Shown piece after piece: positions 21,329 through 30,720 of a stretch of 64,000 bases of DNA. The stretch lies in the NCBI GenBank assembly GCA_963791045.1, contig CAWBQK010000017.1, positions 96,001-160,000 on the forward strand, in the 5' to 3' direction. The translations under genes were made by a program, and so were the position numbers. The notes beneath the pieces are model-generated. The model did not search any database and was not told the DNA's origin. It saw nothing but the letters and a program-made list of their open reading frames with translations. Origin of the DNA: Candidatus Latescibacterota bacterium (GTDB lineage Bacteria; Krumholzibacteriota; Krumholzibacteriia; WVZY01). The stretch's first letter is position 1, and each line of letters begins with the position of its first letter.

Positions 21329-21557
21329 ATGAATCCTCCAGAAAATTGGGGTTGCACGCTCGTCAAGAGCGCCCGTGAATCTAACACGTTCCGGGGATGA
21401 TCGCAATCCGAGGAATTGGTCCCACGGGCCGAGAATGGGGTGTTATTGGGGCGAAGTCATTGCCGTATGGCAGCAAGCTGTGGTAGCATGCGTTATTACA
21501 CAAGGAAGCGGAGTGACCCGCTAAAAAAACGGCTTTTTCAACAGGGAAATAGAAACC

Positions 21558-23313
21558 GTGAACAATAACGACGACACTTCGAAATTGGGGAATGACGGGG
21601 GACTTCCGGAAAACGAAAAAAGCGATTCGTCCCCGGGTCTTGATTTCATTCGCACTCGTATCGTTGAAGACAATACGACGGGTAAGCACAAGGGCCGCGT
21701 ACATACGAGGTTTCCGCCGGAGCCCAATGGGTATTTCCACATCGGGCATGCGAAATCGATTTGTCTGAATTTCGGACTCGCCCAGGAGTTCAACGGACTT
21801 TGCAATCTTCGCATGGATGATACGGATCCGAGCAAAGAGAGCATGGAGTATGTCGAGTCGATAAAGACGGATATTCGGTGGCTCGGGTTCGATTGGGAGG
21901 ATCGGATGTATTTTGCGTCGGATTATTTCGATCAGCTTTACGAATGGGCGATAAAGCTCATCAAGGACGGCAAGGCGTACGTGTGCAGCCTCAGACGACG
22001 AAGAGATTCGTAAGTACAGGGGGACGGTAACCGAGCCGGGTAAGCCAAGTCCCTACCGAGACCGCCCGGTCGAGGAGAATCTGGATCTTTTCAACGAGAT
22101 GAAGAACGGGGAGTTTGAAGACGGCGAGCGAGTGCTCCGGGCCAAGATCGACATGGCGTCGCCGAATATGAAGATGCGCGACCCGCTCATGTACCGGATA
22201 CGGCACATGAGTCATTACCGGACGGGTGACAAATGGTGTATCTATCCGATGTACGATTTTACGCACGGTCAGTCGGATTCGATCGAAAGCATCACCCACT
22301 CGATTTGCACGCTCGAGTTTGAAAACAACCGCGCGCTTTACGACTGGTTCCTCGATGAACTGGACATCTTCCATCCGCAGCAGATCGAGTTTGCCCGGCT
22401 CAACCTGAGCCACACGGTGATGAGCAAGCGACGGCTTCTGGAACTGGTCGAAGAGGGGCGGGTCATCTGGGTGGGACGATCCGCGGATGCCGACGATTTC
22501 GGGGCTGCGCCGACGCGGATACAGCCCGGAGGCGATCCGTGCGTTTTGTGACCGCATCGGTGTGGCCAAAGTGCGAAGCACGGTTGACATCGCTCTTCTC
22601 GAGCATTGTCTTCGCGAGGATCTGAACAGGCGGGCCACGCGGGTTATGGCGGTGCTGCGATCCGCTTCGTGTGGTGATCGAGAACTACCCGGAAGATCAG
22701 GTCGAGGAACTCGATGCGATCAACAACCCGGAGGATCCGAACGCGGGGACGCGGAAGATTCCGTTCTCGCGGGTGATCTACATCGAGCGTGATGATTTTC
22801 AGCGAGGATCCGCCGAAGAAATTTTTCCGGCTGGCGCCCGGGCGCGAGGTGCGGCTCAAGCTACGCGTACTTCATCACCTGCAAGGAGGTGATCAAGGAC
22901 GAACGACGGGCGAAATCGTCGAGCTTCGGTGCACGTACGATCCCGAGACCAAGAGCGGGTCGGCGCCCGACGGGCGCAAGGTGAAGGGGACACTCCACTG
23001 GGTATCCGCCGAGCACGCGATCGATGCCGAGGTGCGGTTGTACGAACCGTTGTTCGACTCGGCGAATCCGTTGGCCGAAGGCGGAGAGGATTACAAGAGA
23101 CTTATCAACCCCAACTCTCTTGAGGTTCTAAGCGGTTGCAAAGTCGAATCGAGTCTGCGTGACGCAGCGCCGGGCGATTACTATCAGTTCTTACGTCAGG
23201 GATACTTCTCGATCGACCCGGTCGATTCGGGCCCGGATGGCCTGGTGTTCAATCGGTCTGTTGGGTTGCGGGATTCGTGGGCCAAAATCGAGAAATCACA
23301 GAAAAAACCATAG
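21558..23313 (+). CDS. glnS: Glutamine--tRNA ligase (about six apparent frameshifts)
   Basis: [84 protein letters not shown], spread across frames. Confidence 0.92.
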
Positions 23314-23322
23314 AGGCAAATT

Positions 23323-23899
23323 ATGTCCCGTGTAATAAGCTCGTGTTTGAAGTGGGCCACCCTCACGGCGTTTTGTGTTTTCGTTTTCGGGGTGACGGGG
23401 TGCGGCGGTGGAAGCGAAACCGTTGGCGACGCGGATATAGAGCGGGCTCGAGAGGCGTTAAAGCCCTTCAAGGGGGAACTCAAGGCTGCCCTCAAGGAAG
23501 GCCTGCAGGAGGGACCGGAAAACGCGATATGGGTGTGCCGTGATAAAGCGCCTGAGATCGCCGCGGGGTTGAAGCACTGACGGGATAGAAGTAGGGTCGG
23601 ACGAGCCACCGGGTAAGGAACCCCGAAAATGCTCCGGAGCCGTGGATGGAGCCTCGCTCCTCGCCGAATACGTCAGGCTTGGAGACGACCGGACGCACCG
23701 TGCCGTGCGTTTGGAGGACGGATCGATCGGGTACGTCGAGCCCATTTACGTCCAGCCGCTCTGTCTCAAGTGCCATGGTGACGATATCCCGGCGCCCGTT
23801 CAGGCCAAGGTCACGGAACTGTACCCGACGGACGCCGCAACGGGGTTTGCGTCGGGGGATTTTCGCGGTCTTTTTTGGGTGCGAATATCAGACCAGTAG
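23323..23899 (+). CDS. DUF3365/Tll0287-like c-type heme lipoprotein (frameshifted)
   Basis: Lipobox VTGC; RTSHRVRNPENAP.PW in a shifted frame; YVEPI..QPLCLKCHG; YPTDAATGF..GDFRG. Confidence 0.75.
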
Positions 23900-23971
23900 T
23901 CGCCGCACGTGGCGATGTGTCGCATCGCGCGGGTGGCAAAGTCGTCAGGGAGGGGTGACCACGAGAAGGTT

Positions 23972-24973
23972 ATGAGCAGGAACCCAATTCGATGGATCGC
24001 CGCCGCAAGTGTATTTCTCGTTGGCGCATTCTTTTTTTTCTACGCAATCATGCCCTTGTCTCAACACCCGACTCCGTCCTCGATCCCGCCCTTTCCCGAA
24101 AACGCGGCCCTTCGAGCGAACCTCGTAGGCCATGTTGGAGTTCTCGCTGCCGATATAGGTGAAAGAAACATCTGGCGCCCCGCCGCGCTTGCGGATGCGG
24201 CCAAATATATCAGAGATGGTTTTCGATCTATGGGCTTTGCCGTCGCCTCGCAGTCATACGACACGGAAGGCGTGACTGTCGAAAATCTTGAAATTGAAAT
24301 TGAGGGGAAGGGAAGACCCGACGAGATTGTGATTCTAGGGGCGCACTACGATTCAGTTGTTGATTGCCCCGGAGCGAACGACAACGGAACCGGTGTTGCG
24401 GCGCTGATGGAAATCGCGCGATGGGCTGTGGCGCTTCGGCCGGAAAGAACCCTGCGTTTGGTCGCTTTTGTCAACGAAGAGCCGCCGTTTTTTCAGACGG
24501 ACCAGATGGGCAGCCGCGTGTACGCGAGACGTTGCCGGGAGCGCGGCGAAAATGTCGTGGCGATGCTTTCGCTCGAAACCATCGGTTACTACACGGATGA
24601 AGAAAAAAGCCAGGATTATCCCTTTCCTATGAATCTGTTTTATCCGAGCGAAGGAAACTTTGTTGGGTTCGTGGGAAATGTGTCTTCGAGGGGGCTGGTT
24701 CGCAAGGCCAAGGCTTATTTCAAAAAGCACTCGTCGTTTCCGTGTGAGGCGGGGGCTGTGCCGGGAGCGATTCCCGGGGTGGGTTGGTCGGATCACTGGT
24801 CGTTCTGGGAGGAAGGTTATCAGGCCGCCATGGTGACCGACACGGCGCTCTTCCGATACGACGAGTACCATACCCGCGCGGACACGCCGGACAGGATAGA
24901 GTTTGATGGATTCACCCGGGTGGTCAAAGGTCTGATGGGCGTAACCGCTGAGCTGGTAGGCGGAGGAGAATAG
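23972..24973 (+). CDS. M28 family metallopeptidase
   Basis: GAHYDS, GANDNGTG, NEEPP, SDH, YH...D; N-terminal TM/signal. Confidence 0.88.
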   Translation: MSRNPIRWIAAASVFLVGAFFFFYAIMPLSQHPTPSSIPPFPENAALRANLVGHVGVLAADIGERNIWRPAALADAAKYIRDGFRSMGFAVASQSYDTEGVTVENLEIEIEGKGRPDEIVILGAHYDSVVDCPGANDNGTGVAALMEIARWAVALRPERTLRLVAFVNEEPPFFQTDQMGSRVYARRCRERGENVVAMLSLETIGYYTDEEKSQDYPFPMNLFYPSEGNFVGFVGNVSSRGLVRKAKAYFKKHSSFPCEAGAVPGAIPGVGWSDHWSFWEEGYQAAMVTDTALFRYDEYHTRADTPDRIEFDGFTRVVKGLMGVTAELVGGGE

Positions 24974-24996
24974 CTTCGTGTGACGAGATTGCCGGC

Positions 24997-25908
24997 CTAT
25001 TCTTCCGAAGGCACGAATACGCTCAGCGCCTGGGGAACCGACTTGATCTCGATACTCGTTTCTTCCATCGTGAATACCTCGCCGTCGACTTCATACCGGA
25101 CCGGTTCCTCGCATGTCACCGTAAATCTGGATGACTGGGAAATCCCGACCTTCTCATGTCCGCGGTGCTTGCCCTTCGCAACCCTGGAGAAGAGTCGCAC
25201 GCGATTTATGGGACCGACATTGTAGATCGAAACCGCGTCGAGCATGCCGTCGTCGAGGCGGGCGTCGGGAGCAATGTGGAAAGAGCCGCCGAAGAAGTTA
25301 CCGTTGGATATTGTGAGCATCAGATGGGCCTGTTTGGTTTTCCGCCCGTCGCTGTCTGTCAGTTCGATCGGTATGCCACGAAACTTGAATAGCTGCCTCA
25401 GCGCGCAGAACTGGTAGAGCGCGTCACCCTGCAGAACGGGGAAATGCTCGGCGTCATCGATGACGGCGATGTCGAATCCAAACCCCACGACGTTGAGGAA
25501 ATACCTGTCGCCTACGCGTCCGACGTCGATCGTACGGCGCCGTCCGTCCGCGATTCCTTTTATAACCGCTTCCACACGGTCAGCGCGAACTCCAATTGAT
25601 TTTCCGAAATCGTTGCCCGTGCCGGCGGGGAGGAGCCCGAGGGTGACGTCGTGTCGCCCGGCGCGGGCAATGCGGTCCGAAACGCTGCTCCACGTTCCGT
25701 CACCGCCGACGGCTACGATTGCCGGGTAGCCGGCGTCCAACGCGCGATCGGTCAATTCAGCTTCGTCTCCGGGATGTGTGGTGACGACATGATCGTAATT
25801 ACCGAGATAACGGTCGAGAAGCGGTCGGTATATATCGATGAGTTTGCGGCCGCGGCCGCGACCGGCGGATGGATTGAAGATCACATAGTGGGAACGAGCC
25901 GATGGCAT
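24997..25908 (-). CDS. Diacylglycerol/sphingosine kinase family lipid kinase
   Basis: NPSAG, GGDGT, LPAGTGNDF, GFD, N..FFGG, DDG.LD, VDGE. Confidence 0.9.
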   Translation of the reverse strand: MPSARSHYVIFNPSAGRGRGRKLIDIYRPLLDRYLGNYDHVVTTHPGDEAELTDRALDAGYPAIVAVGGDGTWSSVSDRIARAGRHDVTLGLLPAGTGNDFGKSIGVRADRVEAVIKGIADGRRRTIDVGRVGDRYFLNVVGFGFDIAVIDDAEHFPVLQGDALYQFCALRQLFKFRGIPIELTDSDGRKTKQAHLMLTISNGNFFGGSFHIAPDARLDDGMLDAVSIYNVGPINRVRLFSRVAKGKHRGHEKVGISQSSRFTVTCEEPVRYEVDGEVFTMEETSIEIKSVPQALSVFVPSEE

Positions 25909-25944
25909 CGGTTGGATATTTGAGGTTGGGGTTTAAGGTTGCCG

Positions 25945-26607
25945 TCAGATGGGTTCGAGTTCTTCGAACGTTTGAACGCCGTCCTTCATCCACATTTCTC
26001 TGAATGGATACGTTGCGATTTCATCGATGCGGAGCTTCTCGCACATCGGATGGTCGTGAAGGATTAGCTCGCCGGTTTCCTCTTCGTGCTGGGAGAACTT
26101 GCCGTCGAAATAAACGTTAACTTTGAACTGCTCCGACTCGCTATTCATGAAAGACTGGTAGAGTTCGTGGGTGTCGACCCATGTGTGCTCGCTGATTTTA
26201 ATCTCGACGATCGGGTTGTCGTTTTCGTGGACGCGGACGGACAGGCGTCCTTCGGCGTTTTTGAAGTCGACGGCGATGTCCTTCATGTAATGGGGCAGAT
26301 GCCAGCGCTCGATCGCGTGCTCGCGCGCGGCTTCGGTGCTGGTCGCAACAAGAAATGGATAAAATGCCGATTTTGGCAGCTGCTCACCCGATTTGACCAC
26401 GGGTGGGACGATAACGGCAAGGACGACTTCGGTGTAGGGGCCGACCATGCTTTCATTGAAATCAAACGCGGTGACGGCGAAGACACCCTGTCCGTGACGT
26501 ATCTCCATCGGGTGGAGATGAGGCGGAAGCAACTCCCGCGCGTTATCACTGGGCATTGCGAAGAAAGCATTGGCCGCGATTTTAAAACCGTATTTTGTCA
26601 GTGGCAT
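25945..26607 (-). CDS. Acetoacetate decarboxylase-fold protein
   Basis: LLPP.L.P, F....VGPYTEVVLAV; the GRE.WG.PK motif position reads AIERWHLPH. Confidence 0.7.
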   Translation of the reverse strand: MPLTKYGFKIAANAFFAMPSDNARELLPPHLHPMEIRHGQGVFAVTAFDFNESMVGPYTEVVLAVIVPPVVKSGEQLPKSAFYPFLVATSTEAAREHAIERWHLPHYMKDIAVDFKNAEGRLSVRVHENDNPIVEIKISEHTWVDTHELYQSFMNSESEQFKVNVYFDGKFSQHEEETGELILHDHPMCEKLRIDEIATYPFREMWMKDGVQTFEELEPI

Positions 26608-27968
26608 AGTCCGTATCTCTCCAGGACACGTTTGATGATATCGGCGCCTTCGGCCAGATCTTCTTTGGAATGGCCGGCCGTGACGGAGATCCGGAAGCGT
26701 GACCGGTGCTTGCCGACGGCGGGGTAACGAACGGGGTTGAGGTAGACGCCTTCGTGAATAATGTCTTCCGCTATTTTGAAGATCCTGTCATCGTCACGCA
26801 CCATGATCGGGATGACTTGTGACTCGGAGTCCCCGATATCGACACCCGCTTTACGCAGGCGATCCTGCATGAACGCGACGTTGTCCCACAATTTGGTTCT
26901 GAGTTCGGGTTCGTTCTGAACGATTTCAAGGGCCTTAAGTATGCCGGCCGTGACGCCGGGCGGGAGCGCGCAAGAGAACACTCTGGAGCGGGCAAATCCC
27001 TTCAGATATGTGATGAGGGTCTCGGATCCGGCCACGAATCCGCCGATGCCGCCAAGAGTCTTCGAGAACGTGCCGAAGTGGATATCCACCTCGTCGTCCA
27101 GACCGAAGTGCTCGGCCACTCCTCGACCGTTCTTGCCAAAGAGAAACGTCGAATGGGCTTCGTCGATCATAATGCGGGCGCCGTGACGTTTGCATACTTC
27201 CACGATCTCGGGAAGTTTTGCGAGGTCGCCGTCCATCGAGTAGACACCCTCGACGATTACGAGCTTTTTACCCTTGAAACCTTTGAGCTTGCGATCAAGA
27301 TCGCCGACGCTGTTGTGTCGGAAGTAACGCACGCTGGCTTTCGACAAAATGATGCCGTCGATGATGCTGGCATGCGCGTACTGATCGGTGACGACGAGGT
27401 CGCCGGATCGCATGAGACCGGATATGACACCGAGGTTGGCGCTGTAGCCCGAAGGGAAAAGCAATGCATGTTGTTTGTTTTTGAAAACTGCGATTTTGTG
27501 GGCGAGTTCGTCATGAAGATCTATCGTGCCGCTTAGAATCGGGGAACCGGAGGCCCCGGAGCCGTATTTCCGCGTGGCTTCGATTATCGCCTCAATGATC
27601 TCGGGCCGGTAGGACAGGCCCAGGTAATTGTATGAGGCAAGATTGATCCGGTTTTTCAGTTCCTTGTTGGTTTTCGTCTCGACAATATCGATCCGTGTAC
27701 CGGGGCCGGTCTTCATGGGAAGGCCGAAAAGGTAATATCCGGCCGGTCGGGCATCCTTGAACCATTCTTCGAAAGGCTCGAAGATATCGAAGACATCATC
27801 GCCGGCGCCCCAAAAGAAGTTACTGTAATCGTAGTCGAGCGTACTGTCGGTGGTATGGGCATCCACTGGCGCGTTTGTCTCAGCGGCCGATTCCTGGGTG
27901 TCGGCGGCTTTATCCGCGGCTGCCTCATCGGCGGCTCGTTTTTGTGCTTGTTGTCTTGACGAATCCAC
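26598..27968 (-). CDS. PLP-dependent alpha-oxoamine synthase, serine palmitoyltransferase-like
   Basis: NYLGL, GSGASGS..LSGT, SGYSANLG, HASIIDG, VEGVYSMDGD, DEAHS, GTFSK(PLP-Lys)TLG; lipid-gene neighbourhood. Confidence 0.85.
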   Translation of the reverse strand: MDSSRQQAQKRAADEAAADKAADTQESAAETNAPVDAHTTDSTLDYDYSNFFWGAGDDVFDIFEPFEEWFKDARPAGYYLFGLPMKTGPGTRIDIVETKTNKELKNRINLASYNYLGLSYRPEIIEAIIEATRKYGSGASGSPILSGTIDLHDELAHKIAVFKNKQHALLFPSGYSANLGVISGLMRSGDLVVTDQYAHASIIDGIILSKASVRYFRHNSVGDLDRKLKGFKGKKLVIVEGVYSMDGDLAKLPEIVEVCKRHGARIMIDEAHSTFLFGKNGRGVAEHFGLDDEVDIHFGTFSKTLGGIGGFVAGSETLITYLKGFARSRVFSCALPPGVTAGILKALEIVQNEPELRTKLWDNVAFMQDRLRKAGVDIGDSESQVIPIMVRDDDRIFKIAEDIIHEGVYLNPVRYPAVGKHRSRFRISVTAGHSKEDLAEGADIIKRVLERYGLCH

Positions 27969-28090
27969 GTTACTCGGTTTAGGTTAAGGGTGTTACTCCA
28001 CTTTGTGCCAATAATCTGTGAATGTCAAGAGTCGAAAAGGCACGGCTTCGGCCAGCACATTGATAACATAACGGGATTCCGGAGGAAAGC

Positions 28091-28873
28091 ATTTTTTTTA
28101 AGCGCCTGAGGGGCTATATCACGATAACGATAGCCGGGCTCGCCTTCTTGATGTGCGACCTTATACAACGAACGTTAATTGTTGTGTTAATTAAAGTTAT
28201 GCCGTCAAAGAAGGAGAAGGTGAAGATATGGTGGATGGAAGTGTGCGCTGAAGTGGCGCTTGGATCCCTCAAGTGGATTGGCGGTGCACGGTTTGACATC
28301 CGCGGCCATATCGCGGCGCGCCCGGGCGTGCTTCTTCTAATGAACCATCAGTCCCTCATAGATATACCGGTGTTGGGCAAGGTCGTTACCGGCAGCTATC
28401 CGAGCGTGATCGCACGCGCGCGTTATGCTCGAGGCATCCCTCTGATTTCACACATGATTCGGTTGTATAACCACATAACGGTCACCCCGGGCGATCGGGA
28501 TCGGGGTCAGCTGAGGGAAATCCGAAGACGGGCAATGGTGATTGAGCAGCCTCTTGGAGTGTATGCCGAGGGGACACGCTCAAGAGACGGCGAGTTGCAA
28601 CCATTCCGGACATCGGGTTTGAGGACGATTCTGACGTGCCGGAAATGGGAGGTTTACATCGTGGTTGTCGATGGGTTGTGGAAGGCAGGGCGGTTCAACG
28701 ACCTGGTGTCCAATGTCAGTTCGATCGATGCCGTCGCCGATGTGGTTGGGCCGTTCGAGTTTTTGCCCGAAAGGGACAATGCAAGGGAATTTATTCTGGA
28801 TATGGAACGACGGATGGGTGATAAACTCGCACAAATGCGTCACGGGAATAGTAACGTGCCGGATGGAGCCTAG
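28091..28873 (+). CDS. PlsC-family (lysophospholipid) acyltransferase
   Basis: NHQSLID (HX4D) and YAEGTRSRDG motifs. The frame is open upstream of TTG 28148, to an ATT at 28091 that sits 5 nt after GGAGG. Confidence 0.85.
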   Translation: MFFKRLRGYITITIAGLAFLMCDLIQRTLIVVLIKVMPSKKEKVKIWWMEVCAEVALGSLKWIGGARFDIRGHIAARPGVLLLMNHQSLIDIPVLGKVVTGSYPSVIARARYARGIPLISHMIRLYNHITVTPGDRDRGQLREIRRRAMVIEQPLGVYAEGTRSRDGELQPFRTSGLRTILTCRKWEVYIVVVDGLWKAGRFNDLVSNVSSIDAVADVVGPFEFLPERDNAREFILDMERRMGDKLAQMRHGNSNVPDGA

Positions 28874-28894
28874 GTAGTTTTTCAAAGCGATTTA

Positions 28895-29986
28895 ATGACG
28901 GACGAAACCAGAAATATGACAACCCATGGAGGCGGGAACGAACGCAAGAGTGTCGTTCATGCTCTTCGGCCCGACGCACCCGGCGGACAGCGATCGGCGG
29001 CGAGGGACGTTGCACCGCAGGTGGTGGAGAGCCTGAAGATTATCGGCGATGCCTGTGGGTCCAATCTGGCCGCCGTGATTTTCTTCGGATCGGTTCTTGT
29101 CGCAACGTCACCGAGCAAAGACAGCGCGGCCGACCTGTTTGTGGTCGTGGAAGATTACGAACGGTTCTATCGGGATATCGGATCGCGATTGCCTCAGGCT
29201 CGACGCGCGAGCATCATGGCCGCGCTCAACAGAATGCTTCCACCCAACGTAATTTATCTCAAGGATCCGGGGGCGTTGCGCGCCGGGGCGAAGTGTTTCG
29301 TGATTAGTCGCAAGGATCTCTCCGTCGGACTCTCGAGGGAGGCGAAGGATCATTTTTGCCGGGGACGGCTCGTGCAGCGGATTCAAATCGTGTACTCGCG
29401 GGATCCGCAGGTACGTGAGGAAATCGAGATGGGGCTCGAAACGGCCCGGCGGGTAGCCCTTGAATGGGTCCCGCTGTATTTGCGGGGATCGTTTACCGTG
29501 CTCGAATTTTGCCTTCGAATGTTGGAAGTGTCTTATGCCGGCGAGATCCGGCCGGAGTCGAAATCGAGGGTGCTCGAAGTTTGCAATGCCCAGAAATCCT
29601 ACTTCCGATTGATGTACGGGCGTTTGCTTGGGGAGGCGGCAAGTGAGGGGTACCTCGAGAAGGAAGAGGATACATACAGGAGGCACAAACCGCCGACGTT
29701 TCGCGAGAAGTTCGAATGGCGGTTGTTTTTTGTGCAGTCAAAGATGCGTGCGACGCTGCGATGGTTCAAATATATGCTCACGTTTGATGATTGGCTCGAT
29801 TACATCGCGCGTAAGGCGGAGCGGCGCACGGGCGTCCGTGTCGAGTTGACGAAATCGGAGCGTCGTTTTCCAGCGCTCCTGCTCTGGCCCAAGCTATTTC
29901 GAGTCCTGAAAGCGATGGGTTTGAGCGAGCGGGTTGACACTCGACGCGACGGTGGAACAACCGAAGAGAATGGTGATCAAAAATGA
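28895..29986 (+). CDS. Nucleotidyltransferase-fold protein, possibly Tam41/Mmp37-like lipid cytidylyltransferase
   Basis: IFFGS...AADLFVVVEDY NTase signature, LNR.LPPNV, SYAGEIRPE; overlaps the downstream CDP-alcohol transferase by ATGA. Confidence 0.55.
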   Translation: MTDETRNMTTHGGGNERKSVVHALRPDAPGGQRSAARDVAPQVVESLKIIGDACGSNLAAVIFFGSVLVATSPSKDSAADLFVVVEDYERFYRDIGSRLPQARRASIMAALNRMLPPNVIYLKDPGALRAGAKCFVISRKDLSVGLSREAKDHFCRGRLVQRIQIVYSRDPQVREEIEMGLETARRVALEWVPLYLRGSFTVLEFCLRMLEVSYAGEIRPESKSRVLEVCNAQKSYFRLMYGRLLGEAASEGYLEKEEDTYRRHKPPTFREKFEWRLFFVQSKMRATLRWFKYMLTFDDWLDYIARKAERRTGVRVELTKSERRFPALLLWPKLFRVLKAMGLSERVDTRRDGGTTEENGDQK

Positions 29987-30720
29987 GAAGCGAACTCCTG
30001 GTTCTCGTTCTGGCCCTGGGGACGATTGTTTTCTCGATGGTTGTGTTTCTCATGACTCCCGCTGGAAGAATCGGACAGGACCGCACCGGTCGCGGCGGAA
30101 GTTTTTTTATGGGTTTCTGGGTGAGGAACTGGTTTTACTGGTTTATCGCGCCGGTTACGCGGGTGTCGCTTGCGTTGCGACTGTCTCCGTTTGTTTACAA
30201 CGTTCTTGCCGTACTGTTTGGGATCGCGAGCATGGTGTTTTACATTCGCGGTCAACTCCCGTGGGCCGGCTGGATGATTTTGCTCAGCGGTTTTGCCGAC
30301 GTGATGGATGGGGAAGTAGCGCGCGGTAGAAATATGGCCAATGCGGCGGGCGCTTTTCTCGATTCTACGTTGGACAGGTTCAGTGAGTTCGCCGCGTTTA
30401 TCGGTCTTGCTGTTTTCTACGGGTCGGGCGCTTCCGGCGTCTGGGTCTTGATTGCGCTTGGGGGTTCGCTCCTTGTCAGCTACACCCGTGCGCGTGGGGA
30501 GAGTCTCGGGGTTCTTTGCAAGGCGGGGTTGATGCAGCGCGCTGAAAGAATGCTGATTCTTGGTTTGGGTTCGATCCTTGATCCGTCGATTTCGAGCGCG
30601 TTCGGACGTCAGCAGGGATTCGTGTTGTTGATTTTGATAATCGTGATCGCGGTTGGGACCGTGGGTACGGCTATTTACCGGACGGCGTGGATCTCGCGGA
30701 AGCTCGAGGGGAAGCAGTAA
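29983..30720 (+). CDS. CDP-alcohol phosphatidyltransferase
   Basis: DVMDGEVAR...GAFLDSTLDR signature; SYTRARGE and G.MQRAER as in PIP/AIP-synthase-like members. Confidence 0.92.
   Translation: MRSELLVLVLALGTIVFSMVVFLMTPAGRIGQDRTGRGGSFFMGFWVRNWFYWFIAPVTRVSLALRLSPFVYNVLAVLFGIASMVFYIRGQLPWAGWMILLSGFADVMDGEVARGRNMANAAGAFLDSTLDRFSEFAAFIGLAVFYGSGASGVWVLIALGGSLLVSYTRARGESLGVLCKAGLMQRAERMLILGLGSILDPSISSAFGRQQGFVLLILIIVIAVGTVGTAIYRTAWISRKLEGKQ

Noticed and set aside
23575-23585. TGA at 23578 as possible selenocysteine or read-through
   Set aside because: The conserved DUF3365 sequence continues in other frames, so this is an indel rather than recoding.
26598-27968. Assignment as bioF or kbl
   Set aside because: No biotin or tdh genes are nearby; the GTFSK motif and lipid-gene context favour an SPT-like role, though this is unproven.
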